A stretch of DNA of 64,000 bases from Takakia lepidozioides (lineage: Eukaryota > Plantae > Bryophyta): positions 2,232,001 through 2,296,000 of the forward strand of contig CM060732.1 of assembly GCA_030704615.1 (NCBI GenBank), given 5' to 3'. The position numbers and the translations under genes are program-made. Of this stretch, positions 26,790 through 38,896 are shown one piece after another (within the stretch, counting starts at the first letter, position 1; every line of letters starts with the position of its first letter). The notes beneath the pieces are model-generated. The model did no database searches, was not told the origin of the DNA, and saw only the letters and a list, made by a program, of their open reading frames with translations.

Positions 26790-28000
26790 TTCCAGAGAGA
26801 CTATATTTTGCAATGCTCATTGAATCTCCTCATTATTTTGAGAGTCGTATCTCATGTAACCCTCCACAGAATTATGACCGATTATAAACTTTCCAATATG
26901 CGCAGGAACACCTGCTGCATTCAACCGAGTAACTGCAGTTACTCTGGCACTCTTGTTCAAAAATACCCCTTGTTGTCACACCCTAGACTTGCTGTACCAC
27001 TGGAAACAACACCATTGAATTAGTTCTTGCTAACTGTAGTTAATGGTCAATTCCTGCTATCCAGTACAAACAACATCAACAATATTCTTTGATAATGAGC
27101 TGAACTCATTGACAAGCTCATATAAATAGGCAGCCTCATTAAAAGTTGAAAGGAGAAAAACAAAGGACATACCGCGTCGGGATCTCTCAAGTTTTCATGA
27201 ATAGCACGGAGGAATAGGGGATCAGGGCCGGGCTCCGATTCTGTCCAGAGAGGATTCTGTCCAAAGAGGTCGGTGATCAAACAATGCTTGGAAAGTGTCA
27301 ACAACACCATAAACATATTTTTGTAAACGCTCTGGTTGGCAGTGACTTAAATAAGCTAGACGCATCTGACAACCTCTACCATTAGTCCTCTAGGTTAGAG
27401 GAAGAGCAAGCAAATCGCGCTCAGCATCTGGGGTCAATGCACTTGTTGTGGGTCTCTTGCGGCCAATGCCAAGTCTGGAGGAATGGCGCACTGCTATTTC
27501 ACAAGAGGTACGCACTTTCAAAAAGCGTTTATGAAGAAGCATATCGAATTTTTCCACAGGATCACCAATCTTTATGGCTGTCTCGTCTAGTCTTTGGCAG
27601 ATACCTCTTCTAATTGCTCGTAGGAGGGCCCAACTAACCTATGCACAAAGAAAACATTCAAGTATTAGAAGACTGTGATACCAGAAATGGATAACAAATG
27701 ATAATGCAATAGAAAGTAAGATTGGCTCGTGAAGAATTTACGTTTCACCCGGGCATAAGACGTCGTCTCTCTTTTGTACTTGAAGGAAGAACTCGGCCAA
27801 AAGGTCAATCAAACTCTTGATATCAGTTTGATACAAATCACCAATCGAAAGTTGCGAAGGGATATTTCTGAACTGTCTCCAAGCATTAAAGCGATTCGCA
27901 GCCCATCGATCCATCTCTTTTGACTTTCTTTCACCTCCCTTTGCTACGATAGCTAGTTCTCTTGCATCTAACTCTCGAAAGCCCCTACGAAGAATCTTTG
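26790..28000 (-). pseudogene. Crypton-like (DUF3504-type) tyrosine recombinase pseudogene with an intron
   Basis: FRELDARELA...DRWAANRFNAWR...LLAEFFLQVQKRDD; LLRAIRR...RFLKVR...LGIGRKR...LTPDAERDLL; C-terminal NKSARVTAVTRLNAAGVP...IIGHNSVEGYMRY (putative catalytic Tyr at 26847-26849). GT donor ~27741, AG acceptor ~27640. Confidence 0.75.
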
Positions 28001-28624
28001 AAGAGTCATCGACTGCCTAAGTTATCAGCAGGAGTAGGAGGCTGATTCTCATCAACATTTGAATGATCAAGAATAATCTGAGAGTCAATTCTGACTTCAA
28101 TTTCAGCAAATTCATTGTATCTGTCAAGTAGCTCATCGAAATTCTCATCAAGTTGAGGAATATCAGTAAGATTGCATGGATGTGATAAAATTCTCTGCAG
28201 GTGGTGTAGAACATGTAGTCCCAGGAAGTAAATGCGCAGAGACACCATCTCCTCCCTACATTAAACACAAACAACAAGAAGCATTACCAAAATCAGATAA
28301 TAAATTACTGCAATCAGTTCATAAGTTGTCGCAATTAGTTCAAGAAGTTATCGCAATACCATTAAACTTCTTCTTTTGCAATTACGAATATCGAAATACA
28401 CAGCCGCAGCTTAAGAAAAACCAATTTGGACAATTCCAATTGAAGTTTTAAGATAATAACAGCATTATCATGCCGAACTTCCTCGTCCCTGGATTCAATG
28501 CCTAAGCTGAAAGGATCATTCCGTGCGACACTCTCCGTGGCTGGGCCCGCAAGTTATGAATATCTCCTAGAGGTACTGCATGTCGTTCCTCCATGATGAC
28601 GACAACACGGATGTACAACAAATA

Positions 28625-29425
28625 CCGTACTCACCTAGCTTATTAGGCACTTCCGTGCCTAATAATTAATAAAAATGGAATATTATTAGGCAGATTCGTT
28701 TTTATTATTTAGGCACCTCAACTAGGTAATTTCCAAATATTAGGCATGTATTTCAGTCGACCCTGGATAATGATGAACAATTGTTTTTGACCTCCCTCAA
28801 AAACTATGGTTGAGGTTATTTTATTTAAAAAACACATAATGTTGGTTGTATGAGTCTTGGGTGGAGGTGAAGTGCCAACAGGAGATGATTTTGTCAAGTT
28901 GGAGACTTTGTGGAATTTTACGAGCATTTGAAGATGCCTTTCAGGGTGAGGCAATGAGAGCCAATTTTACATTTTCTTTGTTTTCAAACCCAAACACCCA
29001 AGTGGAAGGAGATCTTGCCATGGAGGATGTTCCTGATGTCTACCTTGATGGAAGTGTCATTGAGAGCATTAGCTGATGTCTTGCAAACATGCATATCGAG
29101 GATCCTGATGTTTCTGACCTTAACCTTATGAGATTCACATGAGGTAGGTGATGAGACTTATGAAGATGTTGCAGGCCCTTTGGAAGTTGTATGGACATGG
29201 AAAATCTAAATTGTAGGCATTTTTGCCATTTTTTGGACTTTAAATAAAATAATTTAGGCATTTTTTCCACATGTTTGGACATTTTGGATTTTTGAGCAAT
29301 TTTGAGCAATTAGGCACTTCTCAGGAGTTTTTCCAGGTTTTAGGCACATTTTCCAAAAATGTTCTAAATATAGTTAGGCACCTGATTTTGAATTAATTAT
29401 TGCCTAATAAGCTAGGTAAGTGCGG
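28625..29425. mobile_element. Non-autonomous Tc1/mariner-type element (MITE)
   Basis: TIRs CCGTACTCACCTAGCTTATTAGGCA / TGCCTAATAAGCTAGGTAAGTGCGG flanked by TA (28623-24, 29426-27); internal TAGGCA repeats. Confidence 0.85.
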
Positions 29426-29524
29426 TAACAACAGTGACAGCTGAGAATGACAACAAGCTGGCAAAAATGGGGGGGGGGGGGGGGGATCTATTTATAGTTG
29501 AAAATGCCTATGTCATCCTTTACG

Positions 29525-29626
29525 CCAGAGAACGCACCCCCAAGGGCGCATTATGCCTCCTAGTTCGCCCCTACGTCTCGGCCGGCGCCCTTGGGGGTGC
29601 GTTCTCTGGTACAAAAAAGGCATAAT
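29525..29626. repeat. Interleaved inverted repeats, probable terminus of the Crypton-like element
   Basis: Perfect 25-bp IR 29525-29549/29585-29609 plus 9-bp IR 29550-29558/29618-29626. Confidence 0.6.
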
Positions 29627-30758
29627 CGGCCCCCAAAATCCCTTAAGTCAGGAGAATCGGTGGTCTGGTATTCTGTCAGCCGTTGAGTGGTCATCTGCAT
29701 TTTTATTTTTATTTATTTATTTTTATAGATAACAGGGACTTTGCCCTGGAAGCTTTATTTATGTTCATTTTCTTCGGTTCCCTTAGTATTCCGAAGTCTG
29801 GTAAGGTTGAACTTTGTGAGGAATAATATTTCTTCTTCCTTCGGCTTGTCGATTGCAGTTGGATGCTAGGTACAGAGAGTAGAAAGTAAGGCGAAAGTGT
29901 TTGAAGGGTACCATCATCCGAGCAGTCTCTGAATTGGTCGAGGATCCAGGGTCTTTTGATTCAAGTTGAAAGAAAACCAGCGTCGGTGTTGGTGGATAGG
30001 CTGAGAGATGGATTCTGGACATTGGAAGTGAAGGTGCATAAGCATAACAGACAGTGGAAGTCTCCAGACGAGACTTAGGGAGGAAGATCAAGTGACTTTC
30101 ATGGGTGTTGCAAGAGATACTGCAGACGGACTCTGCAGAAAGATGAATTCGATTCCATTTTGCTGGCGTAATTGGAGCAGACAAGAAAGTGTCTTTGGTG
30201 TAAATTTGGGGAGCCCCATTCCCGAAAGTAAAGTGGCACTACCAGAAACCTAGTGCGGGCTGGAGACCTTCAAGGCGTTGATGAAGCAGCTGCTAAAAGG
30301 CCCGGCGTAGGTCTACGTATTAGGGTAATTCAATAGGATTGACAGGCACGAGTGTGGTTGCAGGCGAGGTTCAAGTTTTCTGAAGAGAACTTCTCGTATG
30401 GCTGGATGAGGAGGAGTTCTCCCGAACCGTGTGACTGGTGGGATTGGCACACCTGGGGTTTTAGAAGCCGCTCGACGACCACGCACTTCCATGATTTTCT
30501 GCATGGATTGGCTGGATTACATTTGAGAAAGTTGACACTGGTTTCATCTGTAATTTGCACTCTCGGCCGTGCCAGCACAGGGCAATGAAGAGTTCCGTCT
30601 CCAACATTAGCGTGTAGGTTTTCATTAGGTTCAGACATAAGGAAGTAAGCGAACGTCTGTTCAAAATTCAGTCTGATCAGGCCTTGGAGAGAGGCTCAAA
30701 AGTAGTGATTATATCAGTGGCAAATAAACATATTTACAATCTCATCGTGAAGACTTAC

Positions 30759-33700
30759 ATGGCAGCCCAAGACGACGAGCTTTTTGTGGCCCTCACTCGA
30801 ATGGCTCTTGCTGGGGATGGAGTAGTTCTTGGGATAGGCATGACAGTCCTGGCCATACGGACATGGTTCAAATTCAGATCCCATTCCAAAGCTCTCAAGG
30901 AAGTTCAAGAAACCCCTGTGTCACGCATTGCAGACCTTCGTAGCTTGGTTGAGGAGAGAGTTGATCAGGCAAGAACCTTTGAAAAGGTGAGGATTCCGTC
31001 CTAAGGGACCCTTGTTTTTGGAGTCATGTTGGTCATAGTGAAGAGAGTTGAATTTCATATACTCTGTAATTCAAGCTCTGATGTCATTTACTAGGTGAGT
31101 TGTGCTGTTCGAATGACTGAGACGCTCGCCACAAGGTCGCAACTCAAAATGCCCTTCAAACTCTGGCGGAGGCAACAGCTGTTGCAACTACCTCAAAGGC
31201 AAGATAAGCTGGTGATTGTGAGAGGTAAAGTGCAGACAAAGGCTTCTACAAAGTCCCAAGACAGTACGAGTGATGTGGATGTGCATACGGCTCAAAACGT
31301 GGATGAAAAGGCAGTTTATTTGGAAAGAACCCAGACGGTATGGCCTTGTTCAGTCTCTGATCGCCCCTCTATCTCTTCCCTGGCTGTTTATATAACAAAA
31401 AATATTGCACAGCTGTCCTGAACATTCTTTATAGGGCTTCCCCTCAGCAAATTTCTATGGAGGGTTTTGACTGGGAGTTCAAAGCAAGGTATCCCAGTGG
31501 TGGCTGCCAAAATACTAGGAACCACAGATTCAAGTTTTTAACCTTGTTTTTGGTTGGAAACTCCCTCACCTAAATGTTGAGGACAACCAAACCTGGTACA
31601 TAGAGGTAGCTTATGTGAATTTTGTGTCTAGGCTGAAACCCTGTTAAATGTCTGTAGATGATGCAGAATTGATGAGAAACTCTGCAGTTATTCCACCTGG
31701 CAGCAGGGCAGCGGAAGCCAGGTGTGCTTGATCAACGGGCTGATCCTTGGCATAAATTTATCACAGCTGCAATAGCTTGTAACCCAGATCAGTTTGTCTC
31801 AGTTCCAGCCTATAGGAGTTCAATCAAACAGTAGGTTTTCTGAACATCACCAAGGTGGCTGCTAGGCTAGCCTTAAATGCTCCAGAGTCCCCTTTCACTT
31901 CCTCAGTGTGTGCATAAATTGGTGTGTAATGTCTTTAAGGTTTGGTTGAGTACTTCAAAGTCAAAGTGTAACACGAAGTATGAGTACCTCAAAGCAACAT
32001 CAAATGAGCTGCCATACTTCGGAAATGTGTGAAGACTTCATTGTCACTTTTCAGGTCTATTGGTGGGATATGTGTTTCAGGGCCCACCATATTTTGCCGA
32101 ACAGCAATTAAGCATAATTGGTTTTTCAATTTAGTATATGGCATCAGTGTGATTCACGCAATAAAACAGGCCACAATTATTTCACATCCCCTAACTAGAG
32201 TTAATGTGATGTGCAGCATAGCAACAGTGCAGACTTCAATCACCTGTTGCTTATTTTGATTTCCTATGTATGTACAATGGCTCTGGTGGCAATGCTACAG
32301 TAGTTTCATGCGTGCAGAATGACCCATACGTTGCATTGATATCTTCCTATTTGGAAGCTTGGTGTAGGAACCCCCATTTTGTTGGAAGATGGCTTGTATC
32401 ACAGGGTTTCTCTTTTCCTGCCATTGCACAGTACATGCACTTTAAGATGAGCAATTTTTGGGATGGATGACACAAAAATGACCTGGTTGATCTTCGCATG
32501 GCTTACGGGATGCCAGGATTCTACTTTCCTTCCTCATTTCTCTAACCCTGATTCTCTGCATGCCCTGTGAACTGTCATGGTTGGTTGCCTCAGTTTCTGT
32601 ACAATGAATGGAGAGGCATATTTGGGTGGGGCTATGAGTGGCGCGGCCTTCTTGGACGGGGTTCCCTGAAGGAGCAAGTTACTGTCTCAAGGCGCAAGGT
32701 ACTTACCTTTGATTGGACCTCAGGTCTGGGCCCCTTTCAGACAGCTCTATTTGCTGTTGCAGACGTTGCTTCTTCTGGTGCGTGGTTATCTCATTATTAA
32801 CACAGGTTGTCCTTTTCATTAGAATTCCAATCAAAGCTAATCACAAGCACTAAATGAAAGTCTTGGTGACTTCAACGTTCGTATAACACTCTTGGTATAT
32901 TACAAAGGTATGAAGGAAGGTGTGTGAGAAGCATCTGAAGTCTTGGGTCGTGTATCTCTCCCAGTTTTGCTCATGTCGCATGTTACCTCTTGAGGTTTAT
33001 TATGTAACTTTTTCTTCTTTTGATTTGCTTTGGAAGTGTATGGGAGTCCAACGGAGCCGAGAATTCAGCAGCCCACAAGCTCCTTTGCAAGCTTAGCCAA
33101 CACAGCATTTGTAAGGCTGGCATAATAACCAGGGTTTAAGATAGGGGCATTCATATATCATGAAGGTTTCTCTCTCTCTCTCTCCACTCTCAGCACTAGA
33201 CTGAAAATTAAGCTCAGGGTGGGAAGCCCACCTTTGAACAGCAAACAGATGCAGAGAGGAAAGGGGGATTGCAAATGCCCGTTGTGTGGGCAACCTGAAG
33301 ACAATATTCAGTTTCTGATTCATTGTCCTGGGTACTCTCAGCAGAGAGACGCCCTCTTCAAATCCATCAAGGGATTTGTGCCTGTACCTCTGTTTACCAA
33401 CTTTGCAAATCTCGAGGCTGAGCCAAAAGTCCAGGCCCTTTTGGGGCCTACTTATTGGGCAAATCACACACAGCAGATTGATGCTTGTGTAAAGGGATTT
33501 CTAGAGGATATCTGGAAAACTCGGATCAATTGTCTGTTCTAAGGTAAGTCATACTACCGGCGTCAGCCCCTGACAAAGGTAGTTGCTGTCCCTTTGTGTT
33601 CCGGTCAAACTGGGCGCGGGGTCAATGGCCACAAGGCTATGGTAAACCACATCTTATGAGTACATTCTCTCCCTCTCTCTCTGACTTGCACATACACCCA

Positions 33701-36018
33701 CACCGAACATACTTTCACATCTTCTTTGCGTTTTCCTTAAAGGAATAATCTTCAGGAACAACTCTGCCGTGGGTAGGTCCCATTCGTGTTGGCTGATACT
33801 GAGGGTCACCGGGATTTCCAACCACAAGAACTAGTGGTATATGTGCATATCAACATGGATGATGCGCGGCATCCACTACCCCTTGTGACTGTCTACCACC
33901 AGCTGCATCCAGTGCCGGCATCGTCATACACGCTTGTGCAGGCCATGTTTGGGCGCCGTTACCCGGTCTGGAGTTCCCTTCCCCTATGTGTGTTCAGCCA
34001 CTCATTATCAAACAATGTCTATCATATGGACTACATGATTGCTTATGCCTGTTGTTGATTCATTCCTAATTTGAACTGTAACTTTTCTTTGAAGCTGTTA
34101 TACTAATCCAGCTATAAGCATAGACTGTGTCTTGCTTGCTTGGAAAGCCTGTGGCATCAAATCCTTTCGGTCAGGATTAGTTGTTCAATGAATATGGAAT
34201 AAGGTTGAATCATTCCCATGTACGTGGGAGCCGGAGTACCTGTGTTTAATTTTGCAACCTTTGAAGTACGGGAGTGAATGAACCGGTCTCTAAAAGTAGT
34301 ATACCTATGTGATTTTTGCTCATTATTGATTGGTTGCCCTTATTTACAGGTTGGTCTGTTGGATGAAGAGAAAATACTTCCGCTCGGCAAGGAAATCACG
34401 GCAGTCGGCATCCTGGGCACCTCTTCGGATGGAAATCCTGCCATTAAGCCCTGCAAGCACCTACCCGTCTTCTTGTACGGACGCTTCCTAGCTTGGTTGC
34501 ATCACACTGAGGGAACTGTTGGGCTGGCAGGGCTCTACTTGGTTACGCAAAGAAAAAATGGTGCAGCCTAAGAGGTTGAAAGGGTCTGTTCGGACTTTTG
34601 GGTGCACCTTTCCCATGACTAGAGAGTCTGGGAGGATACGCTGGTTGGATCTTGCTAGTGGATGAGGCAGTTTTGTAAAATTCCTGAAGGCTTAGAGTTG
34701 TATTTGAAGTTCCACGAGATTTTAAATTCCACAAAGGTTTCTGAAGTGTTGCTTGAGCAATTAACCCACTTGGATGGCATTGCACCATCAGTGATTGTGG
34801 TATTCTCAATGTCCTTTTTTTAATCCTTTGGAGTGTAGAGGTTCTGAAGTTGGATTGAACATTGTGGGGTCAGAAGATGTTTCCCAACTTAGGGTTTCTT
34901 AGAATACAAGCTCCATAGCAATGTTTGCAGGAGTTGGGCATTCTTCCCTGATATTTTGTTCCGGAGCAAAAGTTAGAAAGAAGCTCATACAAAGAGGTGG
35001 GGTGTCAATGGAACAGGACTGAGTACACAAGGGATCAGCTGGTAGGAGAGCTGGCAAATGGGACCAAGGTCTTGTTCTGGGTGGGAGTTGCCATTAGCAC
35101 TGTGGCAGCTGGGATTTTAGGCTACGCTATTGTGAAGTACGTGCACATTTTGGCTTTTAATGTCCTTGCAATCTTTGATGTCATTCTTCTAGCATTGACA
35201 GGATGGAGATGGTCCGCTCGAAAGGGGCATGACTGTAGTTTCATTGTGTTAATGGATCATGCGTATGAAAATATCAGAATGGCACATGGAACATTTTTCT
35301 CTCGGGTTTTATTTTTCTTCTAGGATGGTAAGGGCACAATTAACTGCTCGAATCACAGTCATACACGGTGTGACATGTCGGCAACCCTGTTGTGAGAAAG
35401 GTTGTCCCAGAGGCATCAGATAGTGCTGCAATTAAATTTATGTGGAGGTCAAGTGTGAGCAAATTGTTAACATTTATTTGTGTACTGCAGAAATTGGTCC
35501 AAGTGGAAGCAGAGACAGCAACAGAGACAACAGCAGGATGAAGAAAGCAGGCATGCTATTGAAGTCCTTCCTTTCATCTTGTATGCTTGGTCTACTATTG
35601 GGATATACACAGAAGACAATGCTTGTGGCAGCAGTAGCCCCCTTCTGGGATTCGCTTTTGTTGTAGGTATGAATTGATACTTTCAAGATTTTACTTCCTT
35701 GTGTACAAGCCACAGAGCTGAAGAAGGTTTTTCTTTTTTAAGTAATTTGATTCAAATGTGAATTCTGCATATTCTTGCGGGGGCATCTATTGCAGGCAAG
35801 ACAGGCTGATTGGTGATGAAGTGGAGAATTTAGAAGACATCCCTGATGGAGACCTTTGTGTAGTGTGCTTGTTAAGGCGGCGGCGGGCAGCCTTCATATA
35901 CTGTGGGCACCGAGTCTGCTGTGTGGGCTGTGCTCAAAGAGTTGAGCAAGGAGGGAACCCTCGGTGTCCTGTGTGCCGGCAACCAGTGTCAGGCATTGTG
36001 CGGGTTTTTGACTCTTGA
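30759..36018 (+). CDS. SPL2: SP1-like (GIDE + C3HC4 RING) E3 ubiquitin ligase, SPL2-type; exons 30759-30986, 31095-31337, 32594-32698, 33777-33965, 34350-34474, 35017-35136, 35491-35550, 35796-36018
   Basis: N-terminal TM DGVVLGIGMTVLAI, PVSRIADLRSL, VGLLDEEKILPLGKEITAVG, second TM, RING CVVC...CGHRVCCVGC...CPVC. Exon phases join to 430 aa plus stop. Confidence 0.88.
33200..33682 (+). mobile_element. 5'-truncated LINE 3' end in SPL2 intron 3
   Basis: CPLCGQPEDNIQFLIHC...FLEDIWKTR zinc-knuckle-like C-terminus; (CT)n tail. Confidence 0.55.
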
Positions 36019-38191
36019 GTCCAATTCCTTTTTGTTGTCAGGTCTACATGCCAAGATGTGGGCATTTTTCTTTGTGGGGGGTGGGGGGTGGACCATTCAC
36101 TCTTCCCCCTCGTGGAGTTAATACACGGCTGTACAGAACAACCTGGCTGTCACCTTCTTGTGATGAATTTGCCCACAAAGAAAACAAGAGATGGTAGATA
36201 AGTACTGCCCAGTGTGGTTATGTGCAGAGTTGAAGTCAGGCACAATTTTGCATTTGTGTCTTAAATTGGATGAGGTGCTACATGTTTACTGTTTCTCTGC
36301 AGTCTTCACTAGTGGGTGCAAAAAGCAGGATTCTCCATGTTCTGTGAAGGTTATCTTCAGCTGGCAAATTGTCCAACTAGTTTCACCCAGTATAGTCCCT
36401 ATGTGGTATGTGACAAATATGTTTGCGAAGCTCACACTACATGGGTTTTCAACCACCTAGAGTGAAGTGAACCTCATATATGATTAGTTCCAGCACAATG
36501 GCTGCATGTGGATGTATACTTTGCGGAGTCATGGCAGCGCAGGAAAGCTAAGGAAAGGAAGTTTGATGTCCAACAATTTAAAGAGCACACATCTGTACAC
36601 ACAGCCTATTCGAGTGGCCAACACGGGGTAACATTTCACTCAAATTAGCAACTCTGCAACATATAGGCTGAAACATGTTTGAATGATACTGATACTGCAC
36701 ATGTAACAAGCTTTTTTGCCACACACCCACACCACCGAGTTTAACCCTTAAACGGCCGCAGGGTACTTTGACTTTTTACCAAAAATGTGACCCTCTGCCA
36801 GGAAAATCACTGTAATTTCCGATTTTTTCACATTTTGGAAATTTTGACCGGACAATTTGTGACCACCTACCCGCACGTGTATGTCAATTTTTGGGCCAAT
36901 CGGACACATCTGCAAAAATGCCACCGTTGCAGGTGGGGCCCAATTTTGCCAATTTGTTTTTCCATAAAATGGGGAAATTTGAAGATTTGAGTGACGGGTT
37001 GAAATCGTTGAGGCTGGTGGACAGAGTATTTCATGTATGTGAGGTGCTGCACCTATCTATGAAAGAATGAGGCCAATTGGCCAAGAACTCAGCCAGGGAG
37101 GTTGGTCAACGCAGGGGGGTGCTTTGCTGGTCATGAAGCACATGCACTTGGTATGACTTTCAGAGCTCCATCTTGTCACAGACCTCTTTGTGTGTCGCCT
37201 TTGGCCACCAGCCTCAAAGCTGTACATGGGTGGGATTTGAACCCATCATTATCACTGCCCCTTTGGCAGCCCATATATGAACACAAGGAGGAATAAACCC
37301 CCCATCCCCCCCCCCCCCCACCCCCCCCACTTGTGTGGGGGAATGCTAGAATGTGCCCTGAGCACATTTCGACAGTGGAAGATGTCGGGCCCATTACCGC
37401 GAAGACGGACCTATTCCCGCGGACACCTGACAATTTCTGTGAGAACTGACGACTTCAAAGAGTGCTCCTCCACCTCCAGCCCCAGGAAGTGGACCAACTC
37501 CACTGCCAGGTCCCCTTGGACCCATGGCAATACCCACCGCAGACCCAAATAGATCCCTCTTCTCCAGCCACACTTGCCACTGTCCGACATTTCTTAAGCA
37601 AAAACCGAATTGGGGCCTCTGTTGACAACATGATCTTCTTGCGGAATCCTTTCTCTATGCTGTAACTTCCAGGCCTGACTAGCCCAGACAACAAACCTAA
37701 GGACTTTGACTGCAATGCTTGTCTCAGGATGTAGGCATTAACAAGAAAAATTAGACTGTACCTTCTCAATGATGCCCGAATAGCTTCCACATGTAGTATC
37801 ATCCATTCCAGATGACTTGTCCACAGTAAAGGCCCAAATATTCATCTCATATATTACTAGGTCATCCTGTCCCCCACATCCTCCAACCTTGCTTTCATCA
37901 GTGTTTGTCAAATGTTGGCTGGAATTCTAATAGCAAAAGAGCCTCCACTAACAAACTCGAAAAGAGGCGGTGGCAGCTGTGACAAAAATTCATGGAGGTC
38001 CTTAACTATTTTGCAAACTGGCCTTGGCAATCTCCTACTTGGTATTAAAGTGAGCTTCTAGTTCTCTCCCCAAGCAAATTCTTCAGAATGAAAATCAGAA
38101 GTGCCGAGAAACTGAGTCATTTTATGAGTTGAATCTCTTAGTATGCGGCGATCTTCCACAAGTGTTGCATATGGGTCTAGCAACACTTTGC

Positions 38192-38557
38192 TGTTGGAGG
38201 TGTCAAGGCTATAGCCCTTGCACGTCACTCTGAGAACAGAACGGGACGGGTAGCTCAGTGGTAGAGCACCCCACCGGAATGGGGGAGGTCCTAGGTTCAA
38301 TCCCTAGCCCGACCATACGCCAATGGTTTTCCAACATGGTATCAGAGCCAAGGTTGGGGCGGTGGTCAGAATGGGTGGGCATCAGCTATAAGGGCTATGC
38401 CTTGAGGGGGAGTGTTGGAGGTGTCAAGGCTATAGCCCTTGCCCGTCACTCTGAGAACAGAACGGGACGGGTAGCTCAGTGGTAGAGCACCCCACCGGAA
38501 TGGGGGAGGTCCTAGGTTCAATCCCTAGCCCAACCATACGCCAATGGTTTTCCAACA
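38192..38557 (+). mobile_element. TRIM with tRNA-derived LTRs (Helenus-like)
   Basis: 145-bp LTRs 38192-38336 and 38413-38557 (TG...CA, 2 mismatches); PBS TGGTATCAGAGC; PPT GAGGGGGAG; 5-bp TSD TTTGC. Confidence 0.93.
38244..38315 (+). ncRNA. tRNA-like cloverleaf / Pol III A+B boxes inside the TRIM LTR (second copy 38465-38536)
   Basis: Acceptor GGACGGG/CCCGACC, D arm GCTC/GAGC, anticodon stem CCCCA/TGGGG with a 6-nt loop, T arm CTAGG-TTCAATC-CCTAG. Confidence 0.75.
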
Positions 38558-38896
38558 TTTGCTACTGTCAAAACAGTGCCCCTTCTCCCACTTTTTGGGG
38601 TCAGCCACTCGGTAATCATACAGGACCCCCTTCAGTGGAAAGTTCTCTACGTAAGCACAAACAAACCACAGAAAAAGAATCAAACCAAATCAAATCTTAC
38701 TTCCACAGCACAGTATACTCTTGTTGAGTTGAGAGAGGAGGAATCAAGAGCAAGCCTTCATAGATTCAAGACAACAAGTTTTATGCTTAACTTTGTTTTG
38801 TTAGGACATTCTTTGTGCTTCCAACACGGTCTTAGCCTTCAAGTTAGCTCATCTAGCAGGATCAGTTCTTCCTGCCTAACATTCAGGTACCTCAAA

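Larger units (their letters stand above)
38045..38648 (-). pseudogene. Isoamylase (ISA3-like) exon fragment interrupted by the TRIM
   Basis: Removing the TRIM restores GVLYDYRV...WEKGHCFDSSKVLLDPYATLVEDRR...FLGTSDF...FAWGEN*. Confidence 0.7.

Noticed and set aside
29780-30660. Short ORFs upstream of SPL2
   Set aside because: No recognisable motifs; probably UTR, intron or intergenic sequence
36741-37080. piggyBac-like end TTAACCCTT...
   Set aside because: No matching opposite TIR or transposase found in the window
38244-38536. Two functional tRNA genes
   Set aside because: Both lie inside LTRs of a TSD-flanked TRIM; 6-nt anticodon loop and acceptor-stem mismatch
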